Shown here: positions 49,800 to 60,052 of the stretch, piece by piece | Layout: each line of letters opens with the position of its first letter | Numbering within the stretch: the first letter of the stretch is position 1 | Assembly: GCA_964394645.1 (NCBI GenBank) | Contig: CAYMYC010000001.1 | Location: forward strand, 47,241 to 111,240 | From: an uncultured Gammaproteobacteria bacterium | GTDB lineage: Bacteria; Patescibacteriota; Microgenomatia; Levybacterales; GWA1-39-11 | DNA: 64,000 bases | Direction: 5' to 3' | Position numbers and translations under genes: made by a program | The notes under the pieces: model-generated | What the model saw: only the letters and a program-made list of their open reading frames with translations | Database searches by the model: none | Told to the model about the DNA's origin: nothing

Positions 49800-50969
49800 A
49801 TGACTGATAAAGGATACCCTCTCAATCTCACTGGGTTAAATGCAAACACCTCAAAGATTCCTATTCCAGTAGTACAGGATCCAATTCTAGTACAAAGTAA
49901 CTCTGGCTTATCGGATAGCTTTCCCCAGATAACAAAACTTGAGCAATTGGTGGCAAAAGCAGCTCTTCCCGTGGATCTTCACGAAAAAGCTACAGGAATG
50001 ATTCAACGATTAAAGCTCATTAGGCATGAATCAAGTTTTTTTATGGAGCTTGATCAGATTGGGCGATACATAGAATGGATAACGGCGCTTCCTTGGAATT
50101 CTGAAACAAAGGATATCCTGGACTTAAATCATGCAAGACAGGTTTTGGAAAAGAATCATTATGGCTTGCCGCAAGTGAAAGAACAGATACTTCAATACTT
50201 ATCCGTAATGATTATTAAAGCTTCTCAAGGAAGCTCAAGAGATCATTTTTCAAGAGCCCCAATCATTTCACTTGTGGGGCTTGCAGGAGTAGGAAAAACA
50301 ACTATTGCATACTCTATAGCTGAAGCACTGGGAAGACGCATTGAGCGTATTCCATTTGGAGGTATGGGAGGAGCATCTATTCTAAGAGGTCAGTCTAGGT
50401 CTTCGCCTGATGCTGAACCGGGGGCGGTAGTTAAGGCATTACGTCGTTCGGGGACTAACAACCCTGTTATATTATTGGATGAGATAGATAGAGTATCAGA
50501 GGCAGCAAGGGGAGATGTAATGGGCGTATTGGTCGAATTATTAGATCCGGAGCAAAATAGAGCTTTTACAGATCATTACATAGATTACCCATTCAACTTG
50601 GGAAATGTTTTATTTGTCGCAACGAGCAACAACACAAAAGATATCTCTACTGCGGTACTTGATAGGCTAGAGGTGATTCAAATGCCTTCTTATACTGACG
50701 AAGAAAAAATTACGATTGCAAAAAATTATTTGTTGCCTAAAATTATCGCTGAGTCAGGGTTTATAACAAATTCGGTAATTGTTTCAGACACGGTTTGGGC
50801 AGAAATTGTGCGGCCCCTTGGATACGATCCGGGAATTCGTTCTCTCGCTCGTGCAGTTCAGGATATGGTAAGGAAAGTTGCACTTTTTCAATTAGATGGA
50901 AAGCTGCCTAAAGGACAGCCATTTAACTTAACGGACCAGAATTTGCGTCAATTTATCCCTCAGTGGTAG
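49800..50969 (+). CDS. Lon-type AAA+ ATPase lacking the protease domain
   Basis: LPW, LEKNHYGLPQVKEQIL, GLAGVGKT, NPVILLDEID, LLDPEQN..FTDHY, LDRLEVI; stops after the lid subdomain. Confidence 0.85.
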   Translation: MTDKGYPLNLTGLNANTSKIPIPVVQDPILVQSNSGLSDSFPQITKLEQLVAKAALPVDLHEKATGMIQRLKLIRHESSFFMELDQIGRYIEWITALPWNSETKDILDLNHARQVLEKNHYGLPQVKEQILQYLSVMIIKASQGSSRDHFSRAPIISLVGLAGVGKTTIAYSIAEALGRRIERIPFGGMGGASILRGQSRSSPDAEPGAVVKALRRSGTNNPVILLDEIDRVSEAARGDVMGVLVELLDPEQNRAFTDHYIDYPFNLGNVLFVATSNNTKDISTAVLDRLEVIQMPSYTDEEKITIAKNYLLPKIIAESGFITNSVIVSDTVWAEIVRPLGYDPGIRSLARAVQDMVRKVALFQLDGKLPKGQPFNLTDQNLRQFIPQW

Positions 50970-50977
50970 ATGGGTAT

Positions 50978-51288
50978 ATGAAAAATCTTTATTTTAATAG
51001 CTTTGACGGTACTAAGATTTGCTATCAATATACTCATGTGTGAAAAACTAACAGGATATGATGGTAAAAAATTACTATCAAAAATTACTATCCCAACATT
51101 TATTATGGAAGGAGAGAAAATACTATATTTCCTCCTGATATTGCAATATATTGGCAGATCGAATTAAAAGATCAGATCTTGAGTTTGTTCCTGATGCAAA
51201 CCACATACTCGTGATTAATAATGTTTTAGAAGTCAACGTGAGTATTGAACGATTTCTTGGTAGAATAGACTATTACAAAGAAAAATGA
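50978..51288 (+). pseudogene. Alpha/beta-hydrolase remnant with internal deletion and frameshifts
   Basis: Fragments in different frames: MKNLYFNSFDGTKICY; LLSKITIPTFIMEGEK; TIFPPDIA; LADRIKRSDLEFVPDANHILVINNVLEVNVSIERFL. Stop overlaps the rnj ATG. Confidence 0.75.
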
Positions 51289-52943
51289 ATGAAGTAACAT
51301 TTATCTCAATCGGCGGAATTGGTGATGTCACAAAAAATATGTATGCATATATATATGGTGACGAAATTTTATTGGTGGATTGTGGAATTGGATTTGCGGA
51401 CAGTAGTCTTCCTGGGGTTGATCTTTTAATTCCTGATATTTCTTATCTTAAGGATGCCCTAAAAAATGGGAAAAAAATTGTCGGACTTCTCCTTTCTCAT
51501 GGACACGAAGATCATATTGGAGCTCTTCCCTTCATCTTGCCCCAACTTCCACAGTTCCCCATATATGGGTCAACTCTAACTGCAGCGCTCGCAAACGATA
51601 AGCTATCAGAATTCGGGGTTGATAGAAGGGTTACAGAGATACAGTTTTCTGATCCGGCTCTGAAGCTTGGTGTTTTTTCAGCATCGTTTATACGGATGAC
51701 ACATTCAATAATTGACGCATCTAATATTTTAATTGGCACACCTATTGGTAATTTTTATCATGGTTCGGATTTTAAATTTGATTTTACCCCTGTTGATGGA
51801 AATTTATCAGAAGTAAACAAGATAGCGGCAGCTGGAGATTCAGGCATCCTGTGTCTTATGTCAGATTGTTTAGGGGCAGAAAAGCATGGACATTCTCGAT
51901 CTGAACAAAAAATAAAAGATTCATTTGAGCTAGCATTTAGAGAAACTAAAGGGAAAGTTTTCGTGACCACATACTCTTCCAATATTTCTCGTCTCAACCA
52001 GGCCATAGAAGTAGCCATTTCTCAAGGGAGAAAAGTTTGTTTCATGGGAAGATCACTTCTTAAGACGCGCGATGTCGGAAGAACCCTCAATTATATGAAG
52101 TTTCCAAAAAAATTTGAAATACGTCCCCATGAAGTTGCAAAATATAAGCCTTCAGAAGTTATGATACTTGTAGCAGGATCTCAGGCTCAGGAGAGTTCTG
52201 CATTATCAAGAATTACAAATAATGATGATAGAGATTTGCATATAGAAAAAGGAGATACCGTTATATTCTCAGCAGATCCAATCCCTGGTAATGAAGAAAA
52301 CATTTATGCCCTAGTAGATAACCTTTCACGACGCGGAGCGCGTGTAATTTATTCTGAAATAACGGATGAGTTTCATGTATCTGGGCATGGTTCTGAAAAC
52401 GACTTAAAACTTTTAATTTCTCTTACGCATCCGAAATATTTTGTTCCCATTGGTGGTACATTCCGACAAATGGCAGCCTACAGAGAGATCGTAAAGGCGA
52501 TGGGATATAAAGATAATAGTGCTTTTTTGGTTGATGCAGGACAGGAATTACATTTTTCAAAAGATGGAGTACGATTAGGACGAAAAGTATCAAACGCAAC
52601 GATTTTCGTGGATCAAATGACCGGAGAGGAAGTAGAAAATTATATAGTAATAGATAGGGTAAGAATTGCTAAAGAGGGAATAATTATTGTTATGGTTGAA
52701 TTGGAAGGTTCAACGGGGCAAATCACATCAGATCCGGAAATATTAACGAAGGGTTTTGTTTATGAAAAGAAAGAGGAATTTGCTAAGGTATTAGGTGATA
52801 ATCTAAATCGTAGATTCGCAAATAAGAAAGATCCTGTCTCCTCCGTTGGATATTATAAAAAAGTAATAGAAAAAGCTGCAGAAGAAATACTCTATAGAGA
52901 AGGGCGCTCACCCTTGGTTGTCCCCGTGATTATAGAGGTGTAA
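51285..52943 (+). CDS. rnj: Ribonuclease J
   Basis: GGIGDVTKNM, LSHGHEDHIG, THS, SDFKFD, HVSGH. Confidence 0.95.
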   Translation: MNEVTFISIGGIGDVTKNMYAYIYGDEILLVDCGIGFADSSLPGVDLLIPDISYLKDALKNGKKIVGLLLSHGHEDHIGALPFILPQLPQFPIYGSTLTAALANDKLSEFGVDRRVTEIQFSDPALKLGVFSASFIRMTHSIIDASNILIGTPIGNFYHGSDFKFDFTPVDGNLSEVNKIAAAGDSGILCLMSDCLGAEKHGHSRSEQKIKDSFELAFRETKGKVFVTTYSSNISRLNQAIEVAISQGRKVCFMGRSLLKTRDVGRTLNYMKFPKKFEIRPHEVAKYKPSEVMILVAGSQAQESSALSRITNNDDRDLHIEKGDTVIFSADPIPGNEENIYALVDNLSRRGARVIYSEITDEFHVSGHGSENDLKLLISLTHPKYFVPIGGTFRQMAAYREIVKAMGYKDNSAFLVDAGQELHFSKDGVRLGRKVSNATIFVDQMTGEEVENYIVIDRVRIAKEGIIIVMVELEGSTGQITSDPEILTKGFVYEKKEEFAKVLGDNLNRRFANKKDPVSSVGYYKKVIEKAAEEILYREGRSPLVVPVIIEV

Positions 52944-53072
52944 CGAAATATTCTCAGGTTGTTTGCCTAGTATTTGAATAAAATAATAAATAGGCTTATA
53001 GTATTGACAATGATATATATTTTGTGTTACATTGAATATGTCACATAAGAAGGGGTATACTGATTATTGCTT

Positions 53073-55223
53073 ATGGCAAGAAAGAGAAAATATAGCAAAA
53101 GAAGAAGAGGAAGTAGGTCAAGAAAAGGTGGCCTTCATGCTAGTACAATTTATCTTCTGTTCGCGCTCTCGCTAGCTGCTCTCTCGGGCGTATTATTTTT
53201 CTCTTTTATAGACAATTCAGGGGCTCTTGCTGATGTTAATAGATATTTAATAGGCTATTTTGGTTTGTTCTCGCTTCTTGTTCCAATAAATCTTTTACTA
53301 ATTGCAGGTGTTTTCAGCGGGGTGAAAGCAATTTCAAAGCTAAATATTGCAGCAGGTTTTTTTCTTTTTACCGCATGTCTTATCGCACTTCTACAAAGTG
53401 GGCTTGTAGGACAGGAATTATTTTTACAACTAAAGATGCTTTTAGGAGGTACACTTGCATACATTGTTTTTATTGCAGGAGTGCTTATTGGAATAATAGT
53501 ATTATTTAATCTTTCCGTATCTCAACTACTCCAAATAGTTACTGAAGTGATAAATAGCGTAACTAATGTTATTACTGAAAAGATAATTCCATTATTAAAG
53601 ACAAGAAGAAGCGTAGACAATATGAAGGCTATCAAAATTCAAGGCATGAAAGATGTACCCCAACCCGTATCCGTTCCTACTCCTATTACGGGGGTGAAGC
53701 AGCCTGTAGCTTCAAAGAAGGAGGGTGACACGGTTGATGAACTAGTTCTTAATAAGCCTTTGGAGTTAGGTATGTGGGAGTATCCTCCACTATCATTACT
53801 TTCCGATCATCATAGTAAAGCTGAGCGTGGAGATGTAAAAAAAATAGCTGCTACTATAGAGCGAACTCTTCAGAGCTTTGGAATTCAGTCAAAAATTGTT
53901 GAGATAAATGTAGGTCCGTCAGTTACTCAGTATGCAATTGAAATTGCTTCTGGAACAAAACTTTCAAAGATTACAGGTCTTGCAAACGACTTAGCGCTTG
54001 CTACGGAAGCGCCAACCGGGCAAGTTAGAATTGAAGCGCCTATTCCCGGCAGAAGTCTGGTGGGTATAGAGGTTCCAAACAGATCATTAGAGTTAGTTGG
54101 TCTCAAGACTATGCTATCATCCCAGGTTATGCAGAAGGCTAAATCAAAGCTCTCAGTTCCTTTGGGGTTAGATGTTTCTGGCACACCAATTATTGCGGAT
54201 ATTGCCAAGATGCCACATGTGCTCATTGCAGGAACTACGGGTTCGGGAAAATCTGTACTCATTAATGCATGGGTTTCATCTTTATTATTTAGAGCAAGCC
54301 CATCTGAAGTCAAATTTATCATGATCGATCCTAAAAGAGTTGAGCTGACCGGCTATAATAATATCCCACATCTTTTAGTTCCAGTAGTTGTTGAAGCGGC
54401 CCAGTCAGTTTCAGCTCTTAAGTGGGCACTAAAAGAGATGGATAGAAGATATATAAAATTTGCAGAAAGCGGAGTAAAAAATATTGATTCGTATAATGAA
54501 TTAGCAGGGTTTCAGGCGCTGCCTTATATTGTAATATTTATCGATGAGCTTGCTGATCTTATGGCTCTTGCTCCGGTAGAGGTAGAAGACTCTATTGCAA
54601 GACTGGCACAAATGGCGCGAGCTACAGGGATTCATCTAATTTTATCTACGCAAAGACCATCAGTTGATGTACTTACTGGATTAATTAAAGCAAATGTACC
54701 GTCACGCATCTCATTTTCAGTGTCCTCGATGATAGATTCAAAAGTTATTATTGATACCCCTGGAGCTGAAAAATTGTTAGGGCGGGGAGATATGTTATAT
54801 ATTCCACCTGATCAGGCGAAGCCTACTCGTATTCAAGGAGCATTTCTTTCAGAGCAGGATGTGAAACGTCTTACGAATTTTATTAAATCCAGAGGTGTTC
54901 CAGTTGAGTACACAACAGAAGTTGTCGAGCAGCAAGTAAACATAAAGGGTAGGGCAGGAATAAGTGGATCCCAAAATACCGATACGGGAGATGGGAAAGA
55001 TGACTTTTTTGAGCAGGCAGTAAGGATTGTTTGTCAGTATGATCGTGCATCATCGTCTCTTCTGCAAAGAAAACTTCAGGTTGGATTTAATCGAGCAGCA
55101 CGTATTTTGGAACAGTTGGAGGAGGCAGGTGTGGTTGGACCTGGAGATGGTAGCAAACCACGAGAGGTACTAGTTACAGATCCTGACACATTTCTTGCAA
55201 ATGCCTCGGGACCACAACAGTAA
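53073..55223 (+). CDS. ftsK: DNA translocase FtsK/SpoIIIE
   Basis: N-terminal TMs, PHVLIAGTTGSGKS, IDPKRVEL, IDELADLM, STQRPS, gamma domain SLLQRKLQVGFNRAAR. Confidence 0.97.
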   Translation: MARKRKYSKRRRGSRSRKGGLHASTIYLLFALSLAALSGVLFFSFIDNSGALADVNRYLIGYFGLFSLLVPINLLLIAGVFSGVKAISKLNIAAGFFLFTACLIALLQSGLVGQELFLQLKMLLGGTLAYIVFIAGVLIGIIVLFNLSVSQLLQIVTEVINSVTNVITEKIIPLLKTRRSVDNMKAIKIQGMKDVPQPVSVPTPITGVKQPVASKKEGDTVDELVLNKPLELGMWEYPPLSLLSDHHSKAERGDVKKIAATIERTLQSFGIQSKIVEINVGPSVTQYAIEIASGTKLSKITGLANDLALATEAPTGQVRIEAPIPGRSLVGIEVPNRSLELVGLKTMLSSQVMQKAKSKLSVPLGLDVSGTPIIADIAKMPHVLIAGTTGSGKSVLINAWVSSLLFRASPSEVKFIMIDPKRVELTGYNNIPHLLVPVVVEAAQSVSALKWALKEMDRRYIKFAESGVKNIDSYNELAGFQALPYIVIFIDELADLMALAPVEVEDSIARLAQMARATGIHLILSTQRPSVDVLTGLIKANVPSRISFSVSSMIDSKVIIDTPGAEKLLGRGDMLYIPPDQAKPTRIQGAFLSEQDVKRLTNFIKSRGVPVEYTTEVVEQQVNIKGRAGISGSQNTDTGDGKDDFFEQAVRIVCQYDRASSSLLQRKLQVGFNRAARILEQLEEAGVVGPGDGSKPREVLVTDPDTFLANASGPQQ

Positions 55224-55243
55224 TCAATTTTACAGCTTCTACA

Positions 55244-55870
55244 ATGAGAAATATTAGTGATATTTTAAAAGAGGAAAGAGAGAGGAAGGGCTTGTCAATT
55301 GACGATGTTGTTAGTGCTACAAAGATTAGAAAGAGTTTTATCAACGCAATTGAGAGGGGAGAGTTTCAACAGCTTCCTTCTGAAACATACGCACTTGGTT
55401 TTGTAAAAAACTATGCGCATTTCCTGGGTCTATCAGAAAGTCGAGCTTCAGCGCTATACAGACGTGAGCATGAAGCAAAATATATTGAAATTTTGCCGAA
55501 ATTTAGAAAAGGGAACGTTTCTTCAGGCAGAAGATTTATGCTGCGTTCACCAAAGGGTTACCTAGTAGCTGCAATAGCCTTGGTAGTTATTACATATATT
55601 ATTTATCAATTTAGCTTTCTTTTTTTAGGACCAAAATTAAGTGTTATAACTCCAAAAAATAATCAAAATGTTGTAAACGTTATTTCTGTTTCAGGTAAAA
55701 CTGATCCTTATGCGACTATCCTCGTGAACAATGAAGAGGTATACGTTGACTTATCTGGTAGTTTCAAAAAAAATATTTATGTATATTCAGGAGATGAAAA
55801 AATTGTTGTTATAGCAAAAAACAGATACGGCAAGGAAACAAAAAAAGAAATTCCCATAAGAGTAAATTAA
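55244..55870 (+). CDS. RodZ-like HTH-TM protein with short Ig-like C-terminus
   Basis: LKEERERKGLS..TKIR..AIERG..YALGFVKNYA..LGL, then a TM; follows ftsK. Confidence 0.82.
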   Translation: MRNISDILKEERERKGLSIDDVVSATKIRKSFINAIERGEFQQLPSETYALGFVKNYAHFLGLSESRASALYRREHEAKYIEILPKFRKGNVSSGRRFMLRSPKGYLVAAIALVVITYIIYQFSFLFLGPKLSVITPKNNQNVVNVISVSGKTDPYATILVNNEEVYVDLSGSFKKNIYVYSGDEKIVVIAKNRYGKETKKEIPIRVN

Positions 55871-55988
55871 TACTTGCATAATAGAATATGTCGATCTTGA
55901 TTGCAGTAGTTACATGAGGATTTGATTAGTTTGAGCTATTTTAGCGTATTGATTTTGTAATTTTCACATGATACTCTGAATCACTGCC

Positions 55989-56252
55989 ATGATTGATACT
56001 GTCCAACTTGTATTACTATTTGTTATTGTTTTGCTTGCTGTATTATTTGTAATACTTGGAATTCAGGTTTTTCTTATTCTGCGAGAACTAAGAACCACGC
56101 TTATTAAAACAAATAAAATTTTAGATGAAGTAGACTCACTCACGGAGAGTGTTTCAGAACCTTTATCGTTTATTTCAGGTCTCCTCTTTTCATCAAAAAC
56201 ATTTGCTACAATTGCAAGCTTTCTTCGGCGGAGTAAGGAAAAACATGAATAA
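55989..56252 (+). CDS. Small membrane protein (YtxG/DUF948-like)
   Basis: N-terminal TM then amphipathic helix; overlaps the next, YtxH-like gene. Confidence 0.7.
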   Translation: MIDTVQLVLLFVIVLLAVLFVILGIQVFLILRELRTTLIKTNKILDEVDSLTESVSEPLSFISGLLFSSKTFATIASFLRRSKEKHE

Positions 56253-56580
56253 TTCACATCACGAAAAAAAAGGCGGAAATTTCTTTAACGGTTTTTTTTG
56301 GGGAGCTGTTTTAGGTGGAGGATTCGCCTATCTTTTATCTACGAAAAGAGGAAGAGACCTTCTAAAGGATCTCATTTCTGATGGTGTAGATATGCTAGAT
56401 GGATTAACGCAAGAACCAGAGATTGCAGAGGAAGAGCAGTACGCAGCAACAGAAGAACCATTTATTGTCGAAGAGCAAGATGATGCAGGAGCACCTGCAG
56501 TAGAGGCAAAGCAGCATGCGCAGAGGGAGACTTCTTCTCCTCTCGTTAAGAAAAGATTCTTTAAAGCATCAAAAAAATGA
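56245..56580 (+). CDS. YtxH-like protein
   Basis: NFFNGFFWGAVLGGGFAYLLSTKRGRDLLK; SD-like TAAGGA before the ATG at 56245. Confidence 0.75.
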   Translation: MNNSHHEKKGGNFFNGFFWGAVLGGGFAYLLSTKRGRDLLKDLISDGVDMLDGLTQEPEIAEEEQYAATEEPFIVEEQDDAGAPAVEAKQHAQRETSSPLVKKRFFKASKK

Positions 56581-56660
56581 TATTAATTTGTATATTCGCC
56601 GACGATATACTATAATACTAATTCTTCTGTTGATGGCTTACAGAGGAATATATAAAAATC

Positions 56661-57614
56661 ATGGCTAAAAACGTTGTTGTTATCGGAGGCGGAACAGGTA
56701 TCTTTTCAGTTCTTACAGGTCTTAAAAAGTACGGTTATAACCTCTCTGCAATTGTATCTATGGCAGATGACGGCGGATCAACAGGTATACTTCGAGAAGA
56801 GTTTGGAACTCTTCCTCCAGGCGATATTCGCCGTGCGTTGGTAGCACTTTCTGCTACTGATAATAAAATAGTCTCAGAACTTTTTAACTATAGATTTTCA
56901 GGAAAAGGATCTCTTGGTGGACATAGTTTAGGGAACCTCCTTTTAACTGCGCTTGAGAAAATAACCGGGTCATTTGACCAAGCAGTGAAAGAAGCTGTAA
57001 AGATTTTAAACGTTGAAGGTGGAGTAATTCCTGTAACGCTTCTTTCAACCTCTCTTGTTGCTGAATTAGCAGATGGAACCGTTATTAAAGGCGAAACAAA
57101 TATTGATATTCCTAAGCATGATGGAAGCGTTCCAGTAAAACGCGTATATCTTAATCCTGAGGTGTTGGCAAATCCAGAAGCTGTTGCTGCAATAAAGAAT
57201 GCAGATGTTGTAATCTTGGGTCCTGGAGATTTATATACATCTATTTTGCCAAATTTAGTAGTAAAAGATATAGCCCAAGCGCTTCACGAGACGCATGCGA
57301 AAATTGTTTATATTGTAAATATTATGACAAAATTTGGTGAAACATACGGATTTAAGGCATCAGATTTTGTGCGTGTTGTACAAGAGCATTTGGGGGGTAA
57401 GATTATTGACTATTGTCTGATCAATACTGAATTAGGAACAGGAGCATTATTAAAACGATATCAAGAGGACAGGGAAGAACCCGTTGCATATGACAATAGC
57501 AACTTTACGAATGGGGTAAAGGTAATAGCTGGAGATTTTCTAAGAAAAGGAAAATATCTTCGCCATGATCCTAAGAAAATTGCGAAGGCACTCACTGAAA
57601 TAATAAATGGATAA
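56661..57614 (+). CDS. yvcK: YvcK/GlmR (UPF0052) family protein
   Basis: VVIGGGTG, ADDGGSTG, PPGDIR, GHSLGNL, GPGDLYTS, RHDP. Confidence 0.93.
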   Translation: MAKNVVVIGGGTGIFSVLTGLKKYGYNLSAIVSMADDGGSTGILREEFGTLPPGDIRRALVALSATDNKIVSELFNYRFSGKGSLGGHSLGNLLLTALEKITGSFDQAVKEAVKILNVEGGVIPVTLLSTSLVAELADGTVIKGETNIDIPKHDGSVPVKRVYLNPEVLANPEAVAAIKNADVVILGPGDLYTSILPNLVVKDIAQALHETHAKIVYIVNIMTKFGETYGFKASDFVRVVQEHLGGKIIDYCLINTELGTGALLKRYQEDREEPVAYDNSNFTNGVKVIAGDFLRKGKYLRHDPKKIAKALTEIING

Positions 57615-58224
57615 AAAAGAAAAAGCGAAAGTTATAGCATCAAAGCTCCAAAAATTATATCCTCATCCCAAAACTCCCTTATTATACGACAGCCCATGGG
57701 AACTGTATGTGGCAGTTGCTCTTTCTGCTCAACAAACGGATGTGGGAGTCAATAAGCTGACTCCTCACCTTTTTAAGAAGTATAAAAAGGTGGTCGACTA
57801 TAGAAATGTGCCGTTGGAAGATTTTGAAAATGATATCAAGACAATAAATTTTTATAAGGGTAAGGCAAAAGCAATTAAAGCGGCTGCTGAAATAGTAACG
57901 ACTGAATATGGCGGAAAGCTGCCTGATACTATGCAGCAGCTTTTAAGCCTGCCTTTTATAGGGCGCAAAACTGCCAACGTAATTCTTCAGGAAGTATTTG
58001 GGAAAGTTGAAGGGGTTGTAATAGACACCCATGTTAAAAGACTGGTAAATCTTTTTGGATTAACCTCGCATCAAGATCCCATAAAAATAGAAAAAGATTT
58101 AATGGAGTTGTTGCCACAAGAAAAATGGCATGACTTTGCTTTGGGACTGATCTACTATGGTAGAGAGTACTGTAAGTCTTCATGTAAGCATAGCGATTGT
58201 CCTCTTAGAAAGTATATTAACTAA
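57607..58224 (+). CDS. nth: Endonuclease III
   Basis: LSAQQTDVGVN, LPFIGRKTANV, IDTHVKR; altered C-terminal cysteine motif. Confidence 0.92.
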   Translation: MDKKEKAKVIASKLQKLYPHPKTPLLYDSPWELYVAVALSAQQTDVGVNKLTPHLFKKYKKVVDYRNVPLEDFENDIKTINFYKGKAKAIKAAAEIVTTEYGGKLPDTMQQLLSLPFIGRKTANVILQEVFGKVEGVVIDTHVKRLVNLFGLTSHQDPIKIEKDLMELLPQEKWHDFALGLIYYGREYCKSSCKHSDCPLRKYIN

Positions 58225-58465
58225 AAAGGATTGATGCAGGGTGTAGCAACAAATACAGTTATCTATATTCATTAACACAATCTCACATCTTAAAAATATA
58301 CTCGATTCAATTTAAGCTATCCATGCGCATAAAACGTAACTTATTCCCCTTTCATAGAGATATATGTGTATTAATTGATAAGTCAACAAATACTAAAATA
58401 GTGTTAAGTTAGTGTTAGATTCGCGTCAAGCTCAAATCCCGCATTCCGTATACACTGCACATATT

Positions 58466-60013
58466 ATGAAAGGTGGAGGAGTTGCAACAGTTGGTGCAGC
58501 AGGTAGCGCGGGTGTAGTAGGGAGAGCGTCTATCAGCCCTAAAGGTTCCATGCGGGGCTTTGGGGTATCTCTTTCGCTAGAAGCTCGTCCCGGAGGAGTA
58601 GTTAGCACATCCTCCCTTACGTCGCGCGACCGAGGCATGATGGTCAATAAATCCTCATTTTTTGGTTTGAACCAGAAGGGTATGATTGATAAATCTCGAC
58701 CAGTTTTTAAAGAAAAATTATCAGGTTTTCCTGTGGCGCGTGCGTTAGTATGGGGGACAGGAATATCACAAGTGTCAAGAGCTGATGTAACTCACCAAGC
58801 AGGCTCTCGGATGGAAGCAAGAATGAGCACAGCACAAAGAAATAAAGAATTTAATTTGAATCCTCCAAAAAACGAACAAAGCGTAAAAAGCAGTGATCAG
58901 TTAAAGAACACGATAATTTTGTGGCAAAGAAGCGCGGGGGAGCAGGCATCAAGAATATCAGAAGTATCAAATGAGGGAGATAAGAGAAGCGTGCAGGAGC
59001 AAGCAAAACCCAAGAAGTCTACAGTAGAACACTATAGGGCGCAGAGGATAGAAGGGGTTCAGAAAATTCGTGCCGTTAAAGAAAGAAAAGCTAGAAAATT
59101 ATCACATCAGGTAAGAATTTCAAAAGACGTACCACAGACCAAATTAGCTGAAATTAGAGCTGATATAAAAGACGCAAAAAAGACTATTTATGTCATTATG
59201 AAAGCGCGGGGTGTTTCTTATAAGGAAGCGCAAAATGAGCTAATAGTGCAACTCTCCCAAAAGCATTCTGTAAAAATAGAGGTAGTCGCGCAACCGCATG
59301 AAGATGTAAAACCTAAACAGTCGCCTGAAGCAAAGTCAAAGGTTCAACCCTTGATTGTTGCAGAAACAAAAGCACAGTATGCAGATTCATCAGATTTGAC
59401 AAAAGAGAATAAGAAAAAGAAAAGAGAAAATAGCGAAGGATATGCTGTCAGGACCAAACTTAAGAGGTGGATTTTCCATTTTATAAAACATGAAGAAGTA
59501 AATGACTTGAGGGTGGAAAAAGCTGTGGAGGCTTTTAGCCGCAGATTAGATAAGCAGGGTCCCTTTATTCTTCCGACCGGTAAAGAAATTGCTCAAGAAA
59601 TAGAAGAAAACGCTGGTCCAGAAATAAAAAGTGAAATCTCGGAATTCATGTTTAAAGATTATTCGTTTGATTTATTTCTTAATCAGATTTCCGTTTTAGG
59701 GCGGCTAATCATAGCGGATACTGCTTCTTTAAAGCCACTAATTAGAAAAATTGCAGATACTGCAACGGCTGTAAAATTCACACAAAATTCAAATGGTGGG
59801 CATATTGTATCTGAGCAGCAGGTTGCAACGGTTTTAGGAGGAGGCGTAGAGAAAAAAGATGTTTTTTTTGCTGAACATGATAAGTCTCTCGGTGATTTAG
59901 CTAAGGATTCCGAGGGAGATCTTTGGTTTATTCCTAAGAATAGATATCTTGGATCAGAATTAGGGACGAATTGGGCAATTTGTAATAAGTCAGAAAAAAT
60001 ATTCATAGAATAA
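58466..60013 (+). CDS. Hypothetical protein, basic and largely low-complexity
   Basis: Uninterrupted ORF of over 500 codons with no recognisable domain; start uncertain (58412 or 58466). Confidence 0.7.
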   Translation: MKGGGVATVGAAGSAGVVGRASISPKGSMRGFGVSLSLEARPGGVVSTSSLTSRDRGMMVNKSSFFGLNQKGMIDKSRPVFKEKLSGFPVARALVWGTGISQVSRADVTHQAGSRMEARMSTAQRNKEFNLNPPKNEQSVKSSDQLKNTIILWQRSAGEQASRISEVSNEGDKRSVQEQAKPKKSTVEHYRAQRIEGVQKIRAVKERKARKLSHQVRISKDVPQTKLAEIRADIKDAKKTIYVIMKARGVSYKEAQNELIVQLSQKHSVKIEVVAQPHEDVKPKQSPEAKSKVQPLIVAETKAQYADSSDLTKENKKKKRENSEGYAVRTKLKRWIFHFIKHEEVNDLRVEKAVEAFSRRLDKQGPFILPTGKEIAQEIEENAGPEIKSEISEFMFKDYSFDLFLNQISVLGRLIIADTASLKPLIRKIADTATAVKFTQNSNGGHIVSEQQVATVLGGGVEKKDVFFAEHDKSLGDLAKDSEGDLWFIPKNRYLGSELGTNWAICNKSEKIFIE

Positions 60014-60052
60014 CTTTGCCGAGTTTTAAAAGTGTGGTACAATTTGAGCACT

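Noticed and set aside
55871-55897. dif-like site near ftsK (TACTTGCATAATAGAATATGTCGA)
   Set aside because: The left arm resembles a XerC site, but the spacing and XerD arm (TTATGTTAAAT) do not match
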